From: Octopus sinensis
Lineage: Eukaryota
Direction: 5' to 3'
Length of the DNA stretch: 64,000 bases
Assembly (NCBI RefSeq): GCF_006345805.1
Contig: NC_042997.1
Location: 179,428,001 to 179,492,000, forward strand
Both the position numbers and the translations under genes were made by a program. The notes under the pieces were generated by a model that worked only from the letters and a program-made list of their open reading frames with translations, was not told the origin of the DNA and ran no database searches. Positions 26,471 through 41,263 of this stretch are shown here, piece after piece (the stretch's first letter is position 1; every line of letters begins with the position of its first letter).

Positions 26471-28869
26471 CGCTTAAAGCGCAAACATACTACACATATG
26501 ATATATGTGCGTGTATATATATATGCATGCATGAACTCATAAGTATGTATGCAGGCATGTGCGCATATATATATGCATGCGTGCATATATGTACACATGC
26601 GCGCATATATGTATTCACGCATGTATATATGTATGCATGTATATGACTCTAGTAATGTTCTTCCCTTAACTAATGCTGTCACGGCAATTTGAATTTCTAA
26701 ATGACCTAGATTAATTCGTGAAAATTAGTTTAACCTACTTTTTGGAAGGATAGCAACCAAACTGTTGTGTATTTCCCTCATCAAAATTTTCAATAATCTG
26801 TATTTCGAACTGTTCGAAAGTAACGGATAGTTAATGGAATTATTTAAAGAAAGATGCCTTTTCAAGCACTACTACGCGTTGGTGACGAACATTTTTATTT
26901 TTTTATTCATTTTGCGGAAGAGACAAATTGAAACGTTCAGTAAAGGAGTTGGCTTTCGTTTTCTTCTGCTAGTAAAACATTTCATAAAAGTTTTGGATTA
27001 TGAAATCCGTTATTTTATTGAATTGCGTATACCATATATAGCTAGTTGGCTGAAATAAATGTTACCACTTATAATGCAGTGTTTAATGGCTATAGTCTGT
27101 ATTAATCTAGGGTTGTCTGATTAAAATCAGAATATAATTGAAATTGTTTTCAAGGTTTTGCTTTTATAATATCATAAGGAAAAGATAGTCTAATCCATAT
27201 ATTTGAGGCATCAGTTGTCTTAACTAAGAGATGAATTTCTAGTAATATTTTCGTAACATCAAATGTGAATTCCAACACATAAAACCGATTGTTCTATTGG
27301 CTACCAACAAAGGATTATTGAGAAAAATAATTCATGAATTATGGAATCCAAATTATGGTATGATTTGCAGGAGCGCATCGCTTCCGCAGTTCGAAGCATG
27401 TCTGTTTAATATAAAGACGATTTTGTTACATGCAGTTGTTAACAATATCTTCGTTAGGCATTTGAGTTCAAATTTGATTTCGACGTATTGGTCACTGGTT
27501 TATTACAAGTCAATAATACATGCATAAATACATACATGCATACTTACAAACATATTCATACATTCATACATACTAAGTCTTGAAATGCGCAACTGCTCAC
27601 ACATAAACAGTTTTAAAATACACACACATATACACAAACACATTTGTATGATTCTAAGTTCAAATGTATTAATAGTTTCTGATAATATCCGCTGGAATAT
27701 AAGTAGGATATAAACTAAAAACGTTTATATAACGATGAAGAAGTATTCCTATAGATGCCTACATTCTGTATGTACTCCTAATTTTAATATTTCTTGTATA
27801 TAAGATGTTGTTTTGCTATACATATTTACAAAGTGTGAAGGACACTAATCAATAACTGCGTTCAATCAAGTAAGGATTAGGACAAATCCCTTTGGAGAAC
27901 ATTATGCATTTCTTCCTTTTCCCCCAACAGCTGAGAATCGAAACCAATTCTTTCATTTCTGGCTCATTTCTAGAACAAATCCCACATCTTCACCGTAGTA
28001 CCTTCCGCTCTGAAATTACACGCCATGTTACACATATAATCATATAAATTGTATTACCATCTAGCTCTAGTTCAGTATTCTATCTCGTTATGTGTTAAAA
28101 TTTCGATATTTAATAACGCGAAATCATTTTCCCAGTCCCTTAGGAAATAATCAATTGTTTTATTCCTAACTGTTCGAATGTTTAATACCTAGGAACATGA
28201 AAGTATTACCGAAACTTGATGAAACGTGATCGTCTTTTGAAGTTGAAGCATGTGTCAAGAAGATAATTAAGGCAACCAAACAATTGCAACAGAGATATCT
28301 AAATCAGTTTATATAATTTTCTTTGTATTGATGTTAAAACCCCTAAGAAGTTATGAACGTCTTTATTATGTTCACTATCAACTAATACGTGCATACTTTT
28401 ATATTTTATACTAATGGAACTTGGTTATTAATACACATGTGTGTGTGTGTGCTTGTCTGTATATATATGTGTATGTATTTATGTACGTACACACTAGGAT
28501 CTAATCACCTCGTTCATCACGAAATATTTGACTGGAATGAGAATTTGAACAGACAACGTATATGGACGTGACTAAAGACCGCCGCTTGGTACTTGGTTAA
28601 GTGATCTATTAATGCTGGTACTCATCGTACTGTATCGGCCTTGTACTCATCGTACTGTATCGGTTTGCAGTTGTCGTTTTAGTAGTAGTAGTAGTTATTT
28701 TATGATGATATTGTTTGTAATACTATTGCTCCTTTTGACAATAATGTCTTTGTTCTTTAGCCCGGATCGTCTACATTTCCAGAACGACATTGGAGTTCGA
28801 CTTTTATTTTCATATTTGGAACTACAATGCCTGTTGTGTCCTTCCATTTTCGTTTTAAGTTGAGTGTGA

Positions 28870-29300
28870 ATTTAGTTAAATTGTCTTGCTATTACTTAGA
28901 GGACAAACCTTTCGTATAAGGGACAATTAGGTCTTCAAGAGTAGGCTGCAAATTGTGCTCTTTGAATAATTATCACTTTGACTGCATTCCTTTAAAATTA
29001 GAGCAAAGCTAATCTAGATACGAATACTTAGAGATCCACTTATAAATGTTGCTGGATACATATACACATATATCATATAAAGTGTGTCTTGAGAACTGAA
29101 TTTGCAAACTCTTTATCAATAAGTCATAGATGTTCTCTTTCTCTTGTATTTTTCTTACCACATTGCTGTCCAGATAGCAGCTGATTTCCACAACAAATAT
29201 ATTTTCTGTGTTGTCCAACACAACAATATCTGGTTGGTTCTGTTTGAAATTAGTGGTGGATTCAATTTTTAGGATTCCTCATTACTCTTTTGACACATCG
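28870..29300 (-). pseudogene. R4-like non-LTR element restriction-like endonuclease fragment
   Basis: Minus frame reads NQPDIVVLDNTENIFVVEISCYLDSNVVRKIQEKENIYDLLIKSLQ, a PD...E.S/C...K..EK..Y RLE signature. Confidence 0.75.
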
Positions 29301-31676
29301 GTTCATGCAGACCCGTTCAATACAATTTGATATGTGCTATGCGTTATGAGTAGTCAGCTTACTAGGTTTCGCCCGACTAAAAAATGTATATACGTAGTCA
29401 ACATCCTCATAAAAGTGTATAGTATGTGTAAATATATATTATACGTACACATTTCTATATCTTTTATCTATATAGATACAAACATATATACATGCACATG
29501 CATACATACATATATATGTGTGTATGTGTGTGTGTATGCATACATACACATACTCACACATACATACATCCATGCATATGCGTATATGTTTGTGTCTGCG
29601 ATGGATGTGTATTGTCATTTCGAGTTTTCTTTGTATGTATATATCTGCTCTTAAGTAGTTGTGTCTTTACACTAATAGACACAAATGTATAAATATACAC
29701 TTTTCTGGGGAGAGTTGAATTTATATTTGTTTCGTGTCATTCCTTGAACTCAATGAAAATACTACAATGAAGACAGATAGTATTTTGATTAGTAATTTCG
29801 TAGCGACCACCACGTGGCTTCCGTATAATGAAAATCTTTACTGTATTGACATAAATAACAACTAAAGTCGTTATCTGTTTCTGATGGTGAATTGTTGTTC
29901 CTTCATCGATTATAATGAGAAAGTTTTCTGAAGTCAATGTGTGTCGTAGTCGATTAATTAATAGCATTAGTACTTCAGAGTAAAATCTCACCTAAGTTAT
30001 CTCCCGATAATGACATTTTTATGATAGTGGAATACTAACATTGAAAGAATATAATCCTTGCTGAAGCCGGAAACGAACTGACGTTTCTTTGACAGTTGCT
30101 GGATTTAAATTAATCTATCTTCTAAATACAGTAAACAAATTTTACATTATTTCTGACAGAAGTATTATACACCACAACAAAAACTTTAAACGGTTAAGCT
30201 TTATCTAATGCTTTCAAATGGAGATACACTAATGCTTAAGTTAAAAATGAACTTGATTTCCCATGTCCAATACCAGATAGACTACCAACCGTGATTTTGG
30301 TGATACTAACAAATATTTTAATTTATTTGGCCGGCTTATTACTGTCTGGTACTCGTAACATTAATTGATTAAATTCGTTGTTTTAAACTCTTCATATCTA
30401 AAATGATAATGATTACTGTTTTGACCCAATAATGGACACCTTTATCGTAGTTGCAGGAGTCTGAATGTACGAAAATGTAAGTATTTCACGAGTTTCAACC
30501 AGTCACATGTGGTCACTATCTTCTTTTAAATGAAACAATATGTTTTGTCATAAAAAAGCATCAAATAATTTACAATAACTGTAGGACAAATGCCTTTACA
30601 TATGAACATGAGAAAGAAAATTCGATAGTATATGAGCGTGAAGGTATAAAAGATAATCCTTTTTTTATGTAATCTCCTTCCCTTTAGGTTTCTTTTCTAT
30701 TCACAGACAACTTCAAAGTGATAATCGCACATGTATGAATCGTACTTCATCAGTGTTCAGCATAGGATATCGGTATATCGAATTCTCTGAACAGGAAATC
30801 CAGTTTCTTAGATGTTGCTTAAGCTGTGGAGATTAAGGTCCGTTTGCATTGATGTATATGGCGAATATTATTTAAAGGATTTCTTGTTAGGTAATATGGT
30901 CTCAGATGAATGCTGACCAAATAGATTCCTGAAATATCGATCATCAAATTTTTGCTATTTAATTTCAAATACTACAGAAAAATCTCTGGAAATGTCGACT
31001 AGAATATTTTATTTTGAATTTTAAATAATTGCTTGATATAAAGGCTATTGTGTAACTCCACATGTTTCAATTTACCAAGATGACATTTAGATATCAAATA
31101 TAGAACAAGTCGATGTCAAGGCGAGAGAAAAGAAGAAATCGATTAGATTAGCAATGATTTCTTTGGTGGAGTTTTAAGTAATACATCTTGCTAAGGCTTA
31201 GATATTTCATAAAAATATGAATGTTTCCGACTAAAAGTAACAAGAACAGCAAAACGGATTGATTGCTCACTCAATTTAATGAAATAGACAGAGCCGGCTT
31301 TCACTATTCGCATTTATAAATCTCGTACAGGCATTCGTAGATAATAACTTGCCATTTAAAACAAATTTTTCAAAATTTTATTACAGTATACAAAAATATA
31401 AGTAAGAAATAACTATGACGTTTAGTAGGGACCACAACAAATATTAAGAAAGTAAAATTTCCTCCTTAGATAAGTTCTAGTCGGGAAATATTTCACTTGC
31501 CCCGGTTTTCAAGAAAAGGTAATATCATCAACAGTATTAACGAAAGTTCCACTTATAATACTGTATTTTAATGTGAGAAAGAAAAAGCAACTTAATAATG
31601 AATGAAAGTCTACGGAGCAGTCAGTATTAGGTACTTCAAATGATGCAAATATTTATTAATATCATTAGATCATATA

Positions 31677-31872
31677 AGGCGGCATGCTGCGCCGGAGAAG
31701 ATGCTTAGAGGCGTTTCTTCCAATGTTGCGTTCTGAGTTCAAATGCCACCGGGAGGACTTTGCTTTTTATAATTTCGAGGTGGATAAAATAACTATGAGT
31801 TGAAATCTGGGCTCGATGTACTCAACATATACCCAACCCAAAAATTACTTGCCCTGATCCAATATTTGAAAC
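31677..31872 (+). mobile_element. Old degenerate SINE family A
   Basis: aaggcggc...gcgttctgagttcaaatgccaccggg.ggactttgc...ggctcgatgtactcaac. Confidence 0.6.
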
Positions 31873-32414
31873 TAATATAATTAATAATTTTTACCAAAAG
31901 GCGTGGCCAGTTTTAAAGGAAAAGAATCGCATTCAAATTTGTTGTTGGATTAGGAGTATCTTTTAAGAATACTTAGCACAAAGAGTAGGTATAACACACA
32001 AATATGCATATATTTGTTTGTAACTGATGTAGCAGATCAGTTGGATACATTACTGGAAAACTGAGGAATGAATAAAAACTATAACGCTACAATTAAAGGA
32101 GAAGTGTTAAGCGTTAGACGACAGAGAATTGTTAACATTTACAAAACATTTATTCAGGAAAAGTGTCAGGCAGACTCGTGTCTTATATCAAATTATACAA
32201 AAGACATTACTCATAGATATATGTGTAAGAAGGTAACATATTAATGATAGAACAGGCACACATATTTTCATAATAAATACACAAAACGTATCTTAATCAT
32301 ACTCCTTCAATTATACAAGAGAAACTCGGTCAGGATTGAGGAAATTATCACTCGCGTTCTGTATCTCTCTCCATGCAGAGTGTGTGCATAAATAAGTATA
32401 ATTAAATAATGAAA

Positions 32415-32445
<31 letters not shown>

Positions 32446-32472
32446 AACACACACACATATATATATATAAAT

Positions 32473-32503
<31 letters not shown>

Positions 32504-32526
32504 AATACACACACACATATATAAAT

Positions 32527-32564
<38 letters not shown>

Positions 32565-32639
32565 TTATTTATATATAAATATACATATATATGTATGTAT
32601 ATGGATGTAGGTATATATAATAACTACTGAGAAAAAATA

Positions 32640-32830
32640 CTTTGGGTTCCAACACTTCCTGCTTGAACAAATCGTTGAATCATGTTTTTTGCGTTCATAA
32701 TAATTTCTGCTTCTTAGACGTATGTTACTGCATGCTCCATTAATTCGTACAGTCGACTCCATAGTGTACATCGTTATATTTGTATAAGTTAAATCAATGA
32801 CTATTGATTTAAAAATTATATTGTCTTTTT
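32640..32830 (-). pseudogene. Possible GIY-YIG endonuclease relic of a Penelope-like element
   Basis: DNIIFKSIVID...MYTMEST...RKKHDSTICS..W resembles the IIYK.....Y.GST...R...H..T.LS..W pattern; embedded in (TA)n. Confidence 0.4.
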
Positions 32831-32880
32831 CGTCAAATGTCTTATTTCCGTTCATATGACATCTTTATAAATAAAATAAT

Positions 32881-32928
<48 letters not shown>

Positions 32929-33099
32929 GATTTTAGTCTCTTTTTTACACTCTTGATTTATATACTTCATATAGCCAACTTGTATTTCCTTGAGTTACCC
33001 TCACGAGGATTTTAAGGATCTGAGCATCCGAGAAGTAATCCGATGTTCATCTATAATGCTTCATCTATAATGCAGTGTTCCCATGTTGTAATCTATATC

Positions 33100-33600
<501 letters not shown>

Positions 33601-34701
33601 CGTCTATTTATGTATGTATACACAAGCTCATACACACACATAAACTCAGTTTTAATGAAACAATAATTCTCGGATAAATAACCGAGTTCTGCGTAGTGGT
33701 AAACATAGCATTGAATAGAATATAAAAAGAAGAGAATATTTTAGATAAGAAGAGAAAGAATGTTTGTAATATGTCACTATATATCTCAGTCTTGCACTAT
33801 AAGTTATCTATTACATTTGACGCAACACAGTTGTAAATAACCAGTAAACTGTTCTGAACGCTAAATAGATCTATAGGTAATACAATGAGTGAAAACATTG
33901 GGACATATAAATACCATTTCTGTCAATTATTTTCCAGTATTTATTTCCTCTGATGCATTCAGAATGGTGATGCAATATTTTTTCATCCTCATTTCACAGA
34001 AATGGTAGTAATATCGAGATTGTTGTCATCGCCACTATAAAAATCAACAGACAGGTTAATATTATGTTTATGATCAGAACCATTTCTTTGTTGAACTTGT
34101 ACGTCCTATTGTCAATTTTAGTCGGCAACAGCCACCATTTCAGTGAAGGAAGCTCAACTTGGGTGCTTCATCTGCTAGAAATAGCAGTTACGTCACTCTC
34201 AAGGTATAATGTACTCTCTTAAACAAGGAAAGGGCACGTTGGATAATGCAATCTGAAGCATATTACTAAAAAGTGAAAAGGAAAACGGAATAGCCATGGT
34301 TGGAGACACTCTAATCATTAAGTTTACGTAAGTCAGAATTGATCTGAGTTTCAAAAATACCAATAACATCAGCATTAACAACAACAGGACCAAATACTGC
34401 CACCACAGGCGACAACAGGAACATTGAAGTGAAGAAGTAACTTCTACGAGATCGGTAGCGTTACTAGAAGTAAAAATATCATTCAGATTAAACTCAAACA
34501 GAGCTTACTCCAAAACAGCCGGACCAACATACGTCAAAGAAGAACTGCATTTGAAAAATAAGAAAGATTATGCTTCGATATGTTTACCGAAGACTTGGAG
34601 AAGACAGTATTATCGACATAAAGTACTCTTCGACTTGTGACCGCTACATCACACTTCAAAGGCTTTCCATTCCTATGCTTTATCCATTCAACAACAGCAG
34701 A

Positions 34702-34890
34702 GTGGAGGCGCAATGGCCCAGTGGTTAGAACAGCGGACTTGCGGTCGTAAGAACGCGGTTTCGATTCGGAGACCGGGCATTGTGAGTGTTTATTGAGCAA
34801 AAACACTTAAGCTCCACAAGCTCCGGCGGGTAGGGGTGGTGAAGCCGCTGTACTCTTTCACCACAACTTTCTCTCACTCTTTCTTCCTAC
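34702..34890 (+). mobile_element. SINE family B, 3'-truncated
   Basis: gtggaggcgcaatggcccagtggttagaacagcggacttgcgg...gtactctttcaccacaactttctctcactc. Confidence 0.8.
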
Positions 34891-35189
34891 TTCTGCCACA
34901 AAGCAGAGGAACCATGGTGTAACCCACTATGGTGTGGTAAATTTTCAGACTCTAGTCTAGATTGCGAATCATCTGTACCCCAGGATGGTTCAGCTCTCCA
35001 CCCGTTAAAAAGCCACCGTTTGCCGAATGAGGATAAAAACGCAGCTTTCGCGCCCGTGCAACCGCCAGTCTATCGCGTGTGTCGGGTGGATCTTCAAGTT
35101 GCCACACCCATATCTTAATAGCTTAGAGTAAGCTCGAATTAGAGATTATTCCTTGTGGCTAATGGCGTGTGTCCTGACTGGAAGAAGAA

Positions 35190-36350
35190 GAAGAAGGAGA
35201 CAACAGCAGAAGCAACATCTGAACCAATACCAATGACAGAAACTCTAACACACCCTACACGTGTCCTAACATCAGCCATCACTGTTACTGTAATCAATTC
35301 TGTCACAAATATTACATCGTTAAAGCTACTGACCATTCACTCTATATCAGAAACCTGAGTGATGCTAATATCGTCAGTATTACATCTTATGACAAAACTT
35401 ATCAACTTGGTACCGCTACGAACACCACCACACCATGCGTAAGCAGTATGAGGTAAATCTAAACCACCATAAAAACCACCACCAGAACCATCACGAATAA
35501 TACGGCTGGCATTAATATCTCATTAAAATCCGCACTTAGCTCTGGCAGTAGCAGTATATCGCATCATCACCTCTCTCAGATACAAGTCCATATCGATTGT
35601 GCTACCTACTAACTAGTAACATTTCAGCACCAAAGCGAAACCCATCATAGCGTCTCCACCATAAGCATTGCCACCAGATCCATCAAATCCACTATCTGAT
35701 CCAACTATATCACACCATAAAATCACTACCACCAGTTCAACCGGCAATCACTTCAACAAAAACTGCCTATTTCTTTACTACCCACAAGGGGCTAAACCCA
35801 GAGAGGACAAACAAGGACAAAAAAATGGATTAAGTCGATTATATCAACCCCAGTACGTAACTAGTACTTATTTAATCGACCCTGAAAGGATGAAAGGCAA
35901 AGTCGATGTCGGCGGCATTTGAACTCAGAACGTAATGGCAGACGAAATACGGCTACGTATTTCGCCCGACGTGCTTACGTTTCTGCCAGCTCGCCGCCTT
36001 ATCAACAAGAACTACCACTAACATTACTGAAAATTTAGCAGCAAATCCAGTCCCTACAACTTGCAACATTATAAATTTTCTATCACCAACACCACCTGTC
36101 TCACCAGTCACCATTCCCATGCACAAACCATATATTCCACTCTCATGGTCCCAGAAGACTTAAATTTTACCAAGCAATTAAATACCATTACAAAACAAAA
36201 ACACCAACAACACCAGCAATATCAGCGCTACTACCACCTCAAATGCTAGCACCATTATCACAAATATCAGTTTCAGCATCATCTTCATCATAACTCCATC
36301 ACGGCCACGATCATGAAGCATAACCAATCATCACCGTCAAACACCACCAG
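35190..36350. repeat. Cryptic ACC/ATC/AAC-rich low-complexity region
   Basis: Strong C/A strand skew; Thr/Ser/His-rich short translations with frequent stops; interrupted by a SINE. Confidence 0.6.
35768..35998 (-). mobile_element. Full-length SINE family A with degenerate TSD
   Basis: tcaacaaaaactgcc (35753-35767) versus tcaacaagaactacc (36002-36016), 13 of 15 identical. Confidence 0.85.
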
Positions 36351-36934
36351 CATTAGCAGGTTTTATAGCTATTTCTATCAAATACATATATGTATGTATG
36401 TATGTGTATTTGTATGTGCGTGTGAGTATATACATATGTGTGTGCGTATGTACATGTATATATATACATGTGTTTATGTGTTTGTAAGTGTATGTGTGTG
36501 CGTGTGTGTATGTATGTGTGTTAATGTGTGTGCGTGCATATACATATATTTATGAGCGCGAAACAAGGCCTCCAGTGGACTAACAGAACGAATTGAAAGT
36601 CCATTTTGCAGAGTGTAGCTATAGGGCAGTGAACATGTGAAATCCCATGTGATAATACTTCATCTAGATAGAAGAAAGCTATCATAATAGATGTATCTAA
36701 AAGGAGAGAAAAAAAAAGCTGAGAGAACTTTTTGCATATAGTTATACAGAGTCTCCAACATGTAATATAATGAAACAATTTATCAAAACGATCTATACAC
36801 ACATATATACTCACGAAGAAAACAAGTGATTCATACGCTAGCGTAGCCATACGCGGTCAGGAATATACATAGGTACACACAAAGAAGTACATACATATAA
36901 AGATACGTAGTTGAGTTGCAGTAGGTGAGAGAGA

Positions 36935-36971
<37 letters not shown>

Positions 36972-37108
36972 AGATTCAAACGAGTGTAATCAAAGATAAT
37001 GTTTGGAACTGCGTATCTGGTTTATATGTATATTATATACACACATACAAATATAAAAGTCAATAAAGGTACTAATGTCAGAAATTTTATGATTTTCTTC
37101 AGGGAATA

Positions 37109-37139
<31 letters not shown>

Positions 37140-37679
37140 ACAAGACCTTGGAGAACCTGGTGCGATTCGAAACGCTAATGCTTTCATGGTTAATATACTC
37201 CAAATAAAATCAGTTATAATCTACACAGCAAAATGCATTTTGGTGTGTCGTTGATATTTTAGTATCATTTGCCTTCTTAGTTATTAGATTAAAAGCACCA
37301 TATAAATGTTTGTATGTGTGTGTTGTATACTATTTTTCTGTACTGTGTACGATTTTATGTATATAAGAGTATGTGTATTGTGTGTGTGTGTGTCTGTGTG
37401 TGTATGTGTGCGTGCGTGTCTGTGTGTATACATTACATGGATTATACATACCCACCTATCTATATATTTCTTAAATACCACTTTGGATAAGTGGTATTTA
37501 AGAAATATATGTAAAGACATATGTAAATAGATGGGCTCATGGTGACAGACAAAGGGAAGTTGGAAGAGATTTGCAAAACCTTCTATACCAACCGTTTTAA
37601 AATCGTCACCATAATTTTCCATCCCAAGAAATGCTGGAAGAAGTGCAACCTACTGTGTTCAAAGTAATTGAATAATTGT

Positions 37680-38690
37680 GTAATTGAAAATGGCCTCAAA
37701 GTGGTGAAAACAGACAAAGCTCCTGGGAAAGACGGCGTCACGACAGATATGTTACGATGCGGAAGTGAAGAGATGTAAAAAAATCCTCGTTCTACGCTTC
37801 AAACGCTATCTGATGGAGGGTAAAATATCGTCACTGTTGAAAGAGTCACATACCATGTTGCTTCATACTTAGGGTGATAAAGAAGATTAAAATCCTATCG
37901 TCCCATATGCCTCTTGTCTCTACCTCTACATCTAAAAGCTCTTTACAAAGGTCATAGTCACTTGTCTATCGAAACAACTCGATGACAAATATCCAAGACA
38001 GTGAGCTGTGTTAAAGTCAATATGATAGATAACGAAAGGAGGTGCAAAACACGAAACTGCTTGGAGATGCGAAATCTAGAGGAATAACACATAACTCTAC
38101 TATCACTACCAATAAAGGTCCATCACTCCAAAGCTTTTTACCACATGTTTAGAAATGGTCGTCAGGACCATTAACTGAACAGGAAGCGTGAATATTAATG
38201 GCGAGCAAGTAATACGTTTTCGACACTTACTCATCGTTGTAACCACAGATGAGTCCCAGATCCTGCTGACAGAGCTAGAAATCATATAATGTAACAGTAG
38301 ACCTTAAAAATATACAGCATGAAAACAAAATATATGTCATTGGAGGACGTAGCACTTATCAGAATAGAGAAGGATAGCGATGAATTTGGATAGGTATGTC
38401 TAGTTAGAGCACACAATGAATATGGATGCTGAAACCTCAAGCACATTGAGGACGGGATGGAAGATGTTTATCTCAATAAAAGATGGGCTCAAAACAAAGA
38501 AACACAACATCATTCGTGCCAGAATCTTCAGTTGCGCCGTGCTCTTATTCGCAAGTGAGACGTGGACAATCACGAGAGGATAGAAAATCGATTTGCTACA
38601 TCGCAGAGGCCCATGAAAAAGAATGAAAAAGTAATCATGACAGAATCGGAAGTGCATTGTCATCAGCGATGTAACATAGCATGTGATGGT
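37680..38690 (+). pseudogene. RTE-clade LINE relic lacking its central RT
   Basis: KAPGKDGVTTDMLRCG (37716), GDKED and SYRPICLLS (~37873-37920), then GWKMFISIKD and LFASETWTIT (38548); stops and frameshifts throughout. Confidence 0.85.
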
Positions 38691-39251
38691 CTGATCAATC
38701 CAGTGATTCTGTGATATGTATATATACACAAATGTTTATATTTTCGTGTTATAATAGAAATGGATGATAAGGCATGAGCTGTGTAAGTTGATTCCGCTTT
38801 TGTATGTTCTCTGTTAGGATTTCGGAGAAATTTTCATTGATTTGTTTTATAATAATATACCCTGTTTGATTTAATAAAATAAAATCTGGATAGATGAGCA
38901 TTTTTCTATAACGATTTACACTCGAACAAATCGCATATGAGGTCGCAATATGCCGATATTTTGCGATATTCTCTTGTTTCAGATTGTGGTAATGTCCAGC
39001 ATATATATTTATGACTATTTGTATGTGATTCTCCTTGTATAAGCTGAAGAAATATTCAGACGAGTGTATAGGAGCTTATAAGCATTTGGCTACCAGACAC
39101 ACAGCAGTACACCACATAGCATATATTGAATATATATATATATACTTATTATAACATATAATTTTATTTTAATACGTTTTGATTTCTTTTATATGCCTTT
39201 ACGTTCCACTACTAATATTGCTGTTCATGATTTTCTCTTTTTTGTTGACAT

Positions 39252-39309
<58 letters not shown>

Positions 39310-39854
39310 GAAGAATGCTTTAATTTAATTTCATTTAACAAATCAAATTTTATATCGTAGGTTTGGTTGTTTTGGTTATTTCAGAACGGAATGGCAGTTA
39401 ATAATAAGATTGCGATGAACAGTGTTGGTGGCTGCACTGACGTGGAATCAGTATGGTAGGAGTATGGGATGATGTTGTTTGTTTTCAATTATTTGTCAAT
39501 AGTTTCAATTGTACTGTAGAAAATCTTCGTGGATTTTGCAGATACTAAATATATATTAAAAAAAAGTAAACAAAACGTAAGGAAACAAACGCAAGGAAAC
39601 AAATCTAATATACAAAAAAAAAAACTATATATAGCTATATAAAAATACGGGTTAAAAACAAAGAAAGAAATGATGTCTAATCTACATGCCAATGGAATCT
39701 TGTCTGTGTGAAATTGAATTTATTATCAAGTGTGGAAAAATTTGACATGTATCTATTATCCATTAGTCTGCTCTGGATGTCTGTCAGTCTGACATTCTCT
39801 GTATTAGTATCGCATCTCTCCTTCAAACCTCTTCTTATATCATTTGTTTATATC

Positions 39855-39908
<54 letters not shown>

Positions 39909-41214
39909 GATCTATCTATCTAAAAGATGGGTGAATGTAGCAAGGACGGTACGTGTGGATAACGAAGCCACCTTGAGCATTGTCTTATGATCCAGAAAAA
40001 TAAAGGAAAAAATGTGGTTTTGCATGACGTTATTGTACGAGGTTACCGTGGTCTTTTCCGTGGCTTTTCTTTCCACAGATAAACCTAATCTGTTTCCCCT
40101 CTTACATTATGACATTTCTGTGATACACAATCCCTATTGATCGCTTCTTCTTTTTTGTTTCGACGATTCCTTTTGATCGAATTTCTACCCCACTTTTTTT
40201 CCCTTTCCAAAAAGAAAAGGTCTAGTTTGTATTTTGGCCCCTCTGTGTTCAGCCCTGTTTAGCCAATAAAGAAACATATCTATACGACACTCTGTCTGTC
40301 GGTATATCTGTTTCTCTGTCTCTCTGTCTGTTGGTATATCAATTTGCTTTTCTACAAGGGAGTAATATCCTAAATATCAAACGTACTTATTCATGTATCA
40401 TTTTATACTTATAGATACACACATATATTCAAGCACATGTGCGTGCAAATTGAAGCTCACTTGCAAAGACACACATAGACTCAAAGGAACACACATACAT
40501 GTAATAATGAGTGGAAGAGAGGCATTACTCCTGATGTTTAAATTTTTCCACACACTGCTAAAATATAGGCAATAATGCTAGTAGATATTCCGTGGCAGCA
40601 ACAATGATTTCTAAATTCCTTGTTCTTGGGCTAGAAATATAGGTCACAGTATTTCGAATAAGATCTAGCAGCTGAGAAGCATTGAGTATATAGGTGTTTG
40701 AGTGTGTTTCATATAGTTTTGAAGTCGTTCCGGAATGTTCAGCTATATTTTAGTAACAAATAGAGAAGTCAAATACGAGTATCAACGTGCTTGTAAGTTA
40801 TTGAAGGTTATTGATTTATAGAATCTCGGATGTTATCTAGGATTTTTATTCTTGTACAGGGTGACACTTTTCATCGTAAGAAATGCTATTTTGTAGGTCT
40901 TCATGGAACTTTGTTGACCATCAGTAACTGATAATGGTTGAAGCATTTTCCGGCTTTAAAGCAGAATCGTATATTTTGTGATGTGATGAAGATTTGGCAA
41001 TGCTGCATGTATATATGTATGTATGTATATATGAATGGATGGATGGATATGTGTATGTATGTACGTATGTATGAATGTATGAGTGTATGTGTATGTTTGT
41101 GCGTATATATATGTGCGTGTATGTATATATATATATATGTGTGTGTGTGTGTCTATCTGTGTATATATATATATATATATATAATATATATATATATATG
41201 TGTGTGTGTGTCTA

Positions 41215-41263
<49 letters not shown>

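Noticed and set aside
30707-30830. EGF-like LQSDNRTC after a strong plus-strand acceptor
   Set aside because: Only one EGF cysteine motif, no partner exon found, ambiguous donor; could be chance.
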